36,488 nt of DNA from Deltaproteobacteria bacterium (GTDB lineage Bacteria > Desulfobacterota > GWC2-55-46), in the NCBI GenBank assembly GCA_016218095.1, contig JACREV010000086.1, positions 1 through 36,488 on the forward strand, read 5' to 3'. The notes under the pieces were generated by a model that worked only from the letters and a program-made list of their open reading frames with translations, was not told where the DNA came from and ran no database searches. This document shows positions 25,688 through 33,779 of the stretch, piece after piece (the stretch's first letter is position 1; every line of letters begins with the position of its first letter). A program made the position numbers and the translations under genes.

Positions 25688-28148
25688 CCTTCTTCGCGCC
25701 CGGAGCCCGCCCCCTGAAATCCGGCCCGGAGTATGTGTATCTGAGCGTCTCCTCGTAGGCCTTTCTTGCGGCTTCCATGTCGACCTTGTAGTCCTGGTAT
25801 CTGTCCCCGGGCTCCGCCTTCCCAACCGTTACGACAGTATCATACCAGCCCTGCGAGCCGCCTATCGGGTCCGTGGAGACCGGGATGATGAAGTTGGGGT
25901 GCGCCCCCTTGTCCTTCCAGAATACATGCAGGTACTCCGGGTCGTCGGACGTTGCCCACTCCGGTTTTTCCTTGAGTTTGAGGGATGCGAGCCTCCCGTA
26001 CTCGGTATGGCCGAAGGAATTCGAGACGGCGACCACCCTGGGATGGATCCCCTCGGTTACGAAGGCCTTGGTCACCATATATCCTATCCTCGATGTTATC
26101 CTCACGAGGTCGCCGGTCTTTATGCCTTTCTTCTCCGCGACCTTCGCGTTTATCCAGACAGGGTTATAGTGGATTATCTCGGCAAGCCACTTCTGGTTCG
26201 CTGTCCTTGACTGGACATGGACGTTCCACTTGAAGGTTATGAGCACCAGATCGTCCTCTTTCATCTTTTCGTGCGCCGGTATCGGCTCATAGTGGGGGAG
26301 CGGGTTGAACCCGTGCCTGGCCCACTCCTCGGCATAGATGTTTATCTTCTTGTCCTTCGTGCCAAAGCCGTTTTTCTTGTATAGCCCGTATTCAGGCTCG
26401 GCGTCTACGGGCTTCGGAGACCAGACGCCGTTCTTCTTGAGATACGCCCACCCACCGGCCTCCTTGACCCCCGGCACGCTCTCGGCCATATACTTGATAT
26501 AGTCCTCGGTCGTGCCGTAGTCGAAGTACTTTTTTACGCCCCTGCCGCCCGTGGGGTCGAGGTGCTTGGTCACCAGCTCAAGGACTATGTCCCTGTAGCT
26601 TTTGCATTCTCCAAGCGGCTTTACGACCGGCTGTCTTATGCCGACCCACGGCGTCTCGATTGAAGACGGCATATTCTCGATGTCGAACCGCTCAAGATAG
26701 GTCGTCTCCGGGAGGATGAGGTCCGAGAGCGCGGTCGCCTCGCTCATGAAGGTATCCATGGACACATGGAACGGGATGAGCTTCTCGTCGAGATAGACCT
26801 CGCGCCATGTCTCCGCGTCAGGGTTTGAATAACACCCGTTGTAATAATGCCTGATGTAGACGGATATCTTCTGGCGCCCCTCCTTTATCATCTGGGCCAC
26901 GTGGTGGCTGACCTTGTGCTCCGCCAGCGGATATTCGCGGGGGTGCGCAAGCTCGCTTTTTTCCTTTGGAGCCGGGGGCTCGGGCTGCGGGTGCTTGAAG
27001 GAGACCCCCCTCGGAAGGCAATAGCCGCCTTTCTCTTCTATGCTGCCTGTCACGATGTTAAGTAGCATCGTGCACCTTTCGCTGTACGCGCCGTTGAAGT
27101 GCTTGGCCGGCCCCCTGTACGTGTACGTGGTGCACCTCGGGGCCGCCAGCGCGAACTCTATCGCTATCCTCTTTATATCCTTCGCCGGAACGGAGCTGAC
27201 CTTCTCCGCCCACTCGGGCGTGAACTGTTCGAGGTACTTCGCGAGCTTGTCCGCGGGATAGTTGGTCCATCTGTTTATGAACGCCTCGTTATGGAGCTTG
27301 CTACTGACGATCACGTTGCACATGGCGAGGGCCACCGCCCCGTCCGTCCCCGGGAATACGGGGAACCATTCATCGGCCTTCCCAGCGGTATTCGACATCC
27401 TCGGGTCGAAATACACGAGCTTGGCGTGGTTATCGACCCTGCCCTCGACCACACGCTGGACATAAGGGTTGTGGAAATAGCCGGCTTCGTAGACGTTGCC
27501 GCCGAAGATCAGCATGTACTTTGTATTCGTGAAATCCGGGGTCTCGATATCCGGGCCCCATGTGGCCTGCATCCCGATCTTCTTGCTCGACTCGCATATG
27601 GAGGTATGGTTGAGCCTGGTGTCCGAACCGAGGGCGTTCATAAACCGATTGTCAAAGCCGAACCACCTGTTCCTGCCTATGTGGAGCGCTATCTCGTTCG
27701 GGCTCCCCTTTCCGGCCTTAGCCCGGTCAAGGACCTCATTAATCCTTGCCGCGAGCTCCTGGTAAGCCTCTTCCCATGTTATCCTCTTCCACTTGCCTTC
27801 GCCGCGCCTGCCGGCCCTCCGCATCGGATACAGGACCCTGTCGGGGTCATAGAGCTGATTTGTTCCCGCGTTGCCCTTTGCGCACAGCTTCCCCCTGTTC
27901 CCCGGGTGCTTCGGGTTGCCTTCGAGTTTTACGACCCTTCCGTTTTCTATGAACGCGAGCCCCCCGTCCTCGACATTGCACTGAAGGCACGTATACGGGA
28001 CGGCCTCTACCCTCGGAGCGCCTGTGACATGGGAAGCGGTGACGCCTCCGTCCGCGAACTCCATGGCCTTCAAGACCTTCGGCCCCAAAGCCACGGCCGC
28101 CGCCGCAACGGCCCCTATCTTCAGAAAGTCCCTTCTCTTAAGCCCCAT
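25665..28148 (-). CDS. Tat-exported molybdopterin (bis-MGD) oxidoreductase catalytic subunit, PsrA/PhsA/TtrA/SrdA-type
   Basis: Twin-arginine signal MGLKRRDFLKIGAVAAAA. N-terminal FeS motif C54-x2-C57-x3-D61-x27-C89. 827 aa with molybdopterin-oxidoreductase architecture. Flanked by NrfD and 4Fe-4S subunits. Confidence 0.9.
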   Translation of the reverse strand: MGLKRRDFLKIGAVAAAAVALGPKVLKAMEFADGGVTASHVTGAPRVEAVPYTCLQCNVEDGGLAFIENGRVVKLEGNPKHPGNRGKLCAKGNAGTNQLYDPDRVLYPMRRAGRRGEGKWKRITWEEAYQELAARINEVLDRAKAGKGSPNEIALHIGRNRWFGFDNRFMNALGSDTRLNHTSICESSKKIGMQATWGPDIETPDFTNTKYMLIFGGNVYEAGYFHNPYVQRVVEGRVDNHAKLVYFDPRMSNTAGKADEWFPVFPGTDGAVALAMCNVIVSSKLHNEAFINRWTNYPADKLAKYLEQFTPEWAEKVSSVPAKDIKRIAIEFALAAPRCTTYTYRGPAKHFNGAYSERCTMLLNIVTGSIEEKGGYCLPRGVSFKHPQPEPPAPKEKSELAHPREYPLAEHKVSHHVAQMIKEGRQKISVYIRHYYNGCYSNPDAETWREVYLDEKLIPFHVSMDTFMSEATALSDLILPETTYLERFDIENMPSSIETPWVGIRQPVVKPLGECKSYRDIVLELVTKHLDPTGGRGVKKYFDYGTTEDYIKYMAESVPGVKEAGGWAYLKKNGVWSPKPVDAEPEYGLYKKNGFGTKDKKINIYAEEWARHGFNPLPHYEPIPAHEKMKEDDLVLITFKWNVHVQSRTANQKWLAEIIHYNPVWINAKVAEKKGIKTGDLVRITSRIGYMVTKAFVTEGIHPRVVAVSNSFGHTEYGRLASLKLKEKPEWATSDDPEYLHVFWKDKGAHPNFIIPVSTDPIGGSQGWYDTVVTVGKAEPGDRYQDYKVDMEAARKAYEETLRYTYSGPDFRGRAPGAKKDGKKKSA

Positions 28149-28163
28149 CGCGGTACCTCCGGT

Positions 28164-29072
28164 TTATGTCAGGGGGATTATCTGCCCGCCGTAAACGATT
28201 ATGTATCTGAGGGCAAGGACCCCGACCAGGACCATCGCGGATATCAACGCCGTTGTCCCCGCCTTAGGCTCTGCCCCCTTCGCGAGCACGTTCGACCAGG
28301 AGACTATGACGGGTATTACGAGCCCGATGGTAACAAGCCCTATCCAGAAGACCAGCGACAACCCGCCGCTCAATATCACCCCCGCCGCCTCCCTGCTTAA
28401 GGGCGACGACGTCGACGCCGTTATGAGCATGAAAGCCACGAGCGCAAGCTGGAAGAGGAGGAGCACCGCGTTCGCGGCGTTGAGCGAGGAGAGCCCTTTC
28501 CTGCCTCCCGAGAGCGAGACGGCAAGGGATACAGCCGCTATGCCGGTTGTGGCCGAGGCCACCATGAATACGGGTATTACCGCCCCGTCGGACCATAGGG
28601 GCCTCGCGTTCGTCGCAACGTTCAGGGCAACGGCCGTGTACGCCGATACCCCGACGGCGCAAACCGAGCCTATGACGAGTATCAGCGCCTTTGAGCCCTT
28701 CACCGCCTCCACCCCTCTCTGCAGGGCTATGTTCAGGAGCGAAAACAGGCCCAGGCCGATAAGGAACCAGACACCCCATGTAAGCGGGGCCGTGACGCTC
28801 CCCCTGTAGAGGAGGGTTATGAATCTGAAGGGCCTGTCGAGGTCAAGGATGAGTATCGGGACGTCCACGATGATCGAAAGGAGCGCGAGGTACGCCCCGG
28901 CTGCGGCTATCTTCTTATACCTTTCGTCGTCAAGGTATGAGGCCGCCGCCGAGGCGATGAACGACCCGGCCGCCATGCCGCTCAGGAAAAAATGGACGAC
29001 TATCAGCATCCCCCAGGGGACCAGACCTTCCCCGAAAAAGTGGGGCACGTTATACGAAACCATACCGTTCAT
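28164..29072 (-). CDS. NrfD/PsrC-type integral membrane quinol-interacting anchor subunit
   Basis: 302 aa, about 8 TM helices, in the usual position between the FeS and catalytic subunits. ATGA overlap with the upstream gene. Confidence 0.85.
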   Translation of the reverse strand: MNGMVSYNVPHFFGEGLVPWGMLIVVHFFLSGMAAGSFIASAAASYLDDERYKKIAAAGAYLALLSIIVDVPILILDLDRPFRFITLLYRGSVTAPLTWGVWFLIGLGLFSLLNIALQRGVEAVKGSKALILVIGSVCAVGVSAYTAVALNVATNARPLWSDGAVIPVFMVASATTGIAAVSLAVSLSGGRKGLSSLNAANAVLLLFQLALVAFMLITASTSSPLSREAAGVILSGGLSLVFWIGLVTIGLVIPVIVSWSNVLAKGAEPKAGTTALISAMVLVGVLALRYIIVYGGQIIPLT

Positions 29073-29743
29073 ATTACCCCCTTCTGCTCTAACGCCCCTT
29101 CCGTTCCGGCAATCGATGTCACCCCGCCCCTCATCGCCTCCACATACTCCTCGAGCCCTATATAGAAGACCGAAGGGTCATTGCCTGTGGAGGGTTTGAG
29201 CTGCTTTACGGGGTTCCTTCCGACATAAAGGGATATCTCGCTGCCAGGGTCGTTGAGGTCGCCGAAGATCCTTGCCCTGCCCAGGCAGCTCTGGACGCAG
29301 GCGGGGAGCAAACCCTTCTCTATCCGGTGCACGCAGAAAGTACACTTGTCGGCGGTCTTCGTGACGGCGTTCAGGAACCGAGCGTCGTAAGGGCAGGCTG
29401 TCATGCACGAGCGGCAACCTATGCACTTGTCGTTGTCGACGACGACCGCGCCGTCACCCCTCTTATAGGTGGCCTTTGTCGGGCAGACCCTTACGCATGA
29501 AGGGCTTTTGCAGTGGTTGCAGAGCCTCGGCAGGAAATGCCTCGTCACGTTCGGGTAAGTACCCTTGTCAACATACTTGACCCACGCCCTGTAGACGCCA
29601 ACTGGCACATCGTTTTCCGCCTTGCAGGCGACCGAGCACGCATGGCATCCGATGCAGCGCCGGAGGTCTACGACCATCCCCCATCGGACCTTCCTGCCTG
29701 CCCCCTCCTTTTCACCTACATAATGCTGATCATCTCTTTCCAT
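29069..29743 (-). CDS. four-cluster [4Fe-4S] electron-transfer subunit (PsrB/TtrB/DmsB-type)
   Basis: WGMVVDLRRCIGCHACSVACKAEN, CNHCKSPSCVRVCP, CIGCRSCMTACPY and CTFCVHR...PACVQSC motifs. Confidence 0.9.
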   Translation of the reverse strand: MERDDQHYVGEKEGAGRKVRWGMVVDLRRCIGCHACSVACKAENDVPVGVYRAWVKYVDKGTYPNVTRHFLPRLCNHCKSPSCVRVCPTKATYKRGDGAVVVDNDKCIGCRSCMTACPYDARFLNAVTKTADKCTFCVHRIEKGLLPACVQSCLGRARIFGDLNDPGSEISLYVGRNPVKQLKPSTGNDPSVFYIGLEEYVEAMRGGVTSIAGTEGALEQKGVI

Positions 29744-29821
29744 AAAAAAACCTCCGCTTTACTGCCGCGACCATGCCCATAACCAATCGAGGCAAGTCAT
29801 CGGCACCTACCTCTCCATCAC

Positions 29822-31177
29822 CTAAAACTCGAGTTGCAGCCTTGAAAAAACGAGGGTCTCGTTCCTGGTGGACTGATTTGCGGCGCCCAGGGCGACACTG
29901 TCCGGATGTCCCTTGCCCAGCATCGCATAATCGACTCCGCCCTCGATGCTCACGCTCTCCCAGAGCAGGTACTTGAGCTGGGCATAAAGATCGGTGCCGA
30001 TATACTTTTCAAAGCCCGGGTCCGCGGCCGTATGCGTATACCAGCCGGCCCCTACATAGCCTTCAAGCTTATCCATTATGGGAATGGCCGCGTTCGCCTG
30101 GATGGTAACCAGTCCGTTGCCGAGGTTCGTATTATCCGTGGCGTAACCGCCGCCGTCTATGTTTACGAAGCTCGTGTCAATGCCGGTGTCCGTGGGACCC
30201 TGCACGTTTAGCTTCCCGGTGTACCCCCAGTACCCCGTAGTGCCGACGATCGACATCGGGGTAATAAAGGAATCGGCGCTGTCCTTTGCGGCGTCATCGA
30301 AGTCGTTGTCCCCGCTGGCGTAGATGCCCAAGAGGCCGACCCTGACCGTCCTGACGGGGACTTTCACCTCAGCCTTGACGGCAAAGCCCGAGTTCTTCCT
30401 CTCCGTGGGATCCCCTCCGGACGCCGGGACCGTCCTTTCTCCCCAATTATATAAGACGAACGCGTTGAAGTCGGCTGACTCGAACTTTCCGCTGTACCTT
30501 ACGCCCGTGTAATACTCGTTTGTCGTGCTTGCGCCGGTCACGGAGTTGGCCGGCTTGGTGTTGTCATTCAGGGCATAGAAGGACGCCCCGAACCCGGCCT
30601 TTGTGTCGGCGTCAAAAAACCACTGGTCCACGTCGTCTGCCGGATGAGAGCTCTCCGAGCCTTCGTCCAGGTTTCCATGGGCCATGCGCACCTCCACGTC
30701 CGCGACCTTGCCGAGGAGCATGTATGTGAGGGGGTTGTAGTCCCAGTCGCCGCTGAAAAGCGTGTCCCCGAATTTATCCGACATCGGCACCAGCCCGGCC
30801 ACTATGGTAAAATCCGTGTGGTTCGGTATGGGGGCTGAGATATAACCATGCCTCAGGGCGACCGCCGGGTCACCGCTGGATGAGCCGTCCAGAGTGTATC
30901 TTGCGTTGGCGACATTTGAATTTATATGCCCGATATTGAGCTGGATGTGAGCCTTTAAGCCGCTGTCCCACTCGAAATCAAGCGTAGGCCTGAACCTGAG
31001 CCTGGATGCCTGAATATCATCGCCTTCCGTAAAAGCATCGTCCTTGCCTGCGTCCTGATAATATGAATTGACCCTGAATTGCCCATGCCAGGCGGTTTCA
31101 ACAGCATACGCATTTTCCAGCCCGGTAGCGTAAATCGCGCAGAAAAACAAGACAAACCAAAAAATCCGCTTCGACAT
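29822..31177 (-). CDS. outer-membrane beta-barrel (porin-like) protein
   Basis: Signal peptide MSKRIFWFVLFFCAIYATGLENAYA. Alternating amphipathic, Gly/Tyr/Asp-rich strands. C-terminal ...FSRLQLEF with a terminal Phe. First gene of the operon. Confidence 0.65.
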   Translation of the reverse strand: MSKRIFWFVLFFCAIYATGLENAYAVETAWHGQFRVNSYYQDAGKDDAFTEGDDIQASRLRFRPTLDFEWDSGLKAHIQLNIGHINSNVANARYTLDGSSSGDPAVALRHGYISAPIPNHTDFTIVAGLVPMSDKFGDTLFSGDWDYNPLTYMLLGKVADVEVRMAHGNLDEGSESSHPADDVDQWFFDADTKAGFGASFYALNDNTKPANSVTGASTTNEYYTGVRYSGKFESADFNAFVLYNWGERTVPASGGDPTERKNSGFAVKAEVKVPVRTVRVGLLGIYASGDNDFDDAAKDSADSFITPMSIVGTTGYWGYTGKLNVQGPTDTGIDTSFVNIDGGGYATDNTNLGNGLVTIQANAAIPIMDKLEGYVGAGWYTHTAADPGFEKYIGTDLYAQLKYLLWESVSIEGGVDYAMLGKGHPDSVALGAANQSTRNETLVFSRLQLEF

Positions 31178-31559
31178 TCGGCTCCTCCGTTCTCTTGGAC
31201 CTTTTTAAAAGAGCGCCTTAGTCTCTTAACCTCCTTAAAGGTATTTGGGGTCTTGGATTCAAATCAAAAAGCCAGCACCGCCCGAAAGCAGTATGCTGTG
31301 ACACAGGATCAGAACGGGAAAAGGTATTTTCGGGAAACGAACGGGTTCAGCGAAGAGTTGTGGTTTTTACGAGAGTAAGGAGCAGTTGAAGGAAAGTAAT
31401 AAGAGAATGGAGAAACAAATAGGAGACCACTATTAGTCATAACAGTATCCTCTTCTGCCAGCGCACACGCGAGGGGCGCAGTGCATTAAAAAGTCACTAT
31501 CTCACGGACGTAGACCTTCCTTTTTGAGTAATTCAAGGTAAATTGTGCAGTTGCTGACA

Positions 31560-31588
31560 ATCATATCCGTGTTCAACTGCACTGTCAA
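31560..31588 (-). promoter_or_regulatory. candidate sigma70-type promoter of the barrel/oxidoreductase operon, flanked by inverted repeats
   Basis: Minus strand: TTGACA (31588-31583), 17 nt, TATGAT (31565-31560). IR TGCAGTTG (31546-31553) / CAACTGCA (31574-31581) and IR GCACTG (31579-31584) / CAGTGC (31591-31596) overlap it. Confidence 0.45.
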
Positions 31589-31650
31589 TACAGTGCGCTA
31601 TTCATAAGGCTAACGGCATACCCGCGAAAAATCCGTTCCAGGAAAATAAA

Positions 31651-31686
31651 AAGGGTTTGGCGGAAAAGCCAAACCCTTTTTATTTT
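31651..31686 (-). terminator. bidirectional rho-independent terminator ending the methyltransferase/mini-protein transcript
   Basis: AAGGGTTTGGC (31651-31661) / GCCAAACCCTT (31668-31678), with T-runs on both strands. Confidence 0.6.
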
Positions 31687-31747
31687 AAAAATGACTATGA
31701 ATTCCCTAGACTTCCCCTCTCCCATCAAGGTGGAGGGGGGTTAAACA

Positions 31748-31882
31748 TCAGGATTGCCGGTGTGAAATAGTCCTGCCCGGCGTACAGGTCCCGTGCCAAA
31801 GAAAGGTCAAGAAGCGGCTTACGAGCCTGTCCGCAAGGCAGACAAACGCTAAAAAAAGAATCCCGCCGACCAGATACCACAT
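31748..31882 (-). CDS. 44-aa single-TM mini-protein, paralog B (not in the ORF track)
   Basis: Hand translation gives MWYLVGGILFLAFVCLADRLVSRFLTFLWHGTCTPGRTISHRQS*. AGAGG lies 6 nt before the ATG. Paralogous to 31911..32072 at both DNA and protein level. Confidence 0.45.
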   Translation of the reverse strand: MWYLVGGILFLAFVCLADRLVSRFLTFLWHGTCTPGRTISHRQS

Positions 31883-31910
31883 GCAAGACCTCTTTTCTTT
31901 TACGCCTTGG

Positions 31911-32072
31911 CTAAAATCCGCCTGACCCTCCGGCGTTATTCCGCGAAGGCTTTCCCGGCGTGCAGTTCCCGTACCAAAGCAGGTTGCAAAAGCGGCTCAC
32001 GAGCCTGCCAATCAGGTATACGAACGAAAAGACGAGAGCAACACCAAAAATCCCGCCGACCAGATAATCCAT
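31911..32072 (-). CDS. 53-aa single-TM mini-protein, paralog A
   Basis: MDYLVGGIFGVALVFSFVYLIGRLVSRFCNLLWYGNCTPGKPSRNNAGGSGGF*. GGAGGTG lies 3 nt before ATG 32072, and the gene starts 34 nt after the methyltransferase stop. The longer listed ORF (to 32183) would overlap the methyltransferase. Confidence 0.5.
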   Translation of the reverse strand: MDYLVGGIFGVALVFSFVYLIGRLVSRFCNLLWYGNCTPGKPSRNNAGGSGGF

Positions 32073-32106
32073 GCGCACCTCCGTCACGCCTTGCCTTAAA
32101 CTCTTC

Positions 32107-33717
32107 CTACTCGAAAAAGTTTTTCTGGGTCGTCGCCTTCTTTTCGACCTTCGCCTTTTTGAATGTAAGGCCGCCGCGCTCAAGGTCGGGGTATACGGCC
32201 TCCTCTGTCCCGTTCAGCAGTCCAGCTATCGTCAACAACTGGACCTTGGGGAAGCTCTTTCCTATCGGAGATTCGTAGTACCCCGTTCCGACCGCCTCCT
32301 CGCGCATGGGCCTTGTCGGCTCGGAGAGGGTAATAAAGAGCCCCATCTCCGCGCCCTCGCGCTCGACGACGCCTACGAGGTCGCGCACCATGGAAACGCT
32401 CACGTTCTCGCCGCCCTTGACCGAGACGACTATCTTCTTTGCGTGGCCGCCGTTCTTTTCGTCCTGAAAATAGATGAGCCCGTCTATGCCTGAGTCGGCC
32501 CCCTTCTTTTTGCCCTGATAAGGTTGCGCGTTAACGAGCGAGCACGCCCACCACTGGAACTGGTATTTGTCGCGGACCGCAAGGTCCCTTGCGCCGTCGA
32601 GGTCTTTAGGCGTGCCGTGCACCTCGAAAGTGATATCCGGGAACGCGTCACGGAGGCGCTTTTCGATGAGTGAGATTGCGAGGTGAGTGATGTCGATGCC
32701 TATCCATTGGCGGTTGAGTTTTTGGGCCGCATGGACGGCTGTGCCGCAACCGCAGAAGGGGTCAAGGACGATGTCGCCTTCTTCACTTGAAGACTTAATT
32801 ATACGCTCCAAGAGAGAAAGGGGTTTCTGCGTTGGGTAACCCAGAGTTTCCACATTCGAGCCGTGCAAATGCTCTATGTCGTCCCAATTATCTGAAATAG
32901 GTTGACCGTGCATTTCATCAAGAAAACGCTTCAACTGCGGCACAGCGCCCGGTTTTGATTGAACAATCAAACCATTGTCGTAAGCTTTTTGCATACGTTC
33001 TTTTGTCCACCGCCATACTCTTGTCACACCAAGAAATTCATAAGTCAAATTTGGTCTGTTTTTGTTTGGATTTGTTAAATCACCGAGCCTGTATTTGCGT
33101 CCATCCTCATTTGTAAAACGATAGAAATTTTCAACATACTCAGGATCATGCTCAGTATATACTTTGAAAAATTTAGCATTGTCAGTTTTAGCATATCGAA
33201 AGATTATATCCCTGCAATTTGGAAAATTAGAAGTAGTATGGCTTTTGGGCTGTGACCGTAGCCATGAAATCTCATTCCTGAAGTTCTCATTCCCGAACAC
33301 CCCGTCCAGGACAATCTTCAAATAATGGCTCGCCGTGGGGTCGCAGTGCAGATACAGACTCCCGGTGGGTTTAAGGACGCGGTGGAGCTCAAGGAGGCGG
33401 TTCGCCATCATTGTAAGGTACGCCATCATGTCGTTCTCGCCGAGAAAATGCCGGATGGCCCTTATCATCTCGGAGACGTTCGTGTTCCCCTGACGGAGTA
33501 TCTCGGTATACTCGCGCTGGGCCTGCTCGCCCCAGTGCCAGCTGTCCTCGAAGGCGGTTATCTGCGCGTCGGACTGGTGCCCCTTGGGCGACTTGAAAAG
33601 TATGTTGTAGTCGCGCTTGGAGTTGAAAGGCGGGTCGAGGTAGATGAGATCGACGCTTTCATCCGCTATGTGCTCGCGGAGGATGTCAAGGTTGTCGCCG
33701 AAATAGAGTCGGTTCAT
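32107..33717 (-). CDS. beta-class N6/N4 DNA methyltransferase fused to a C-terminal Mrr-like (PD-(D/E)xK) restriction-endonuclease domain
   Basis: Motif IV DLIYLDPPF near the N-terminus; motif I IVLDPFCGCGTAVHAAQKL after a variable region. C-terminal ~130 aa with GIDGLIYF...IVVSVKG (D...S-V-K) resembles the Mrr_cat nuclease core. Confidence 0.85.
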   Translation of the reverse strand: MNRLYFGDNLDILREHIADESVDLIYLDPPFNSKRDYNILFKSPKGHQSDAQITAFEDSWHWGEQAQREYTEILRQGNTNVSEMIRAIRHFLGENDMMAYLTMMANRLLELHRVLKPTGSLYLHCDPTASHYLKIVLDGVFGNENFRNEISWLRSQPKSHTTSNFPNCRDIIFRYAKTDNAKFFKVYTEHDPEYVENFYRFTNEDGRKYRLGDLTNPNKNRPNLTYEFLGVTRVWRWTKERMQKAYDNGLIVQSKPGAVPQLKRFLDEMHGQPISDNWDDIEHLHGSNVETLGYPTQKPLSLLERIIKSSSEEGDIVLDPFCGCGTAVHAAQKLNRQWIGIDITHLAISLIEKRLRDAFPDITFEVHGTPKDLDGARDLAVRDKYQFQWWACSLVNAQPYQGKKKGADSGIDGLIYFQDEKNGGHAKKIVVSVKGGENVSVSMVRDLVGVVEREGAEMGLFITLSEPTRPMREEAVGTGYYESPIGKSFPKVQLLTIAGLLNGTEEAVYPDLERGGLTFKKAKVEKKATTQKNFFE

Positions 33718-33779
33718 TAGAGGCCCTGCCCTCGTGCCGGGATTTGAGGGACATGATATCAGGAATGCGCAATGGTTTG

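Noticed and set aside
27099-28400. 433-aa + strand ORF antisense to the molybdopterin subunit. Similar cases: 25551..26210, 28201..28809, 18368..19366, 19170..19778, 19807..20427, 20624..21346, 7576..8364 and 33888..34595.
   Set aside because: All are long stop-free antisense frames of confidently identified genes. They are Arg/Pro/Gly-rich with no recognisable domain, so I treat them as compositional artefacts.
31079-31378. 99-aa + strand ORF spanning the barrel-gene start and its leader.
   Set aside because: It overlaps the barrel signal-peptide codons in antisense, has no SD and shows no domain features.
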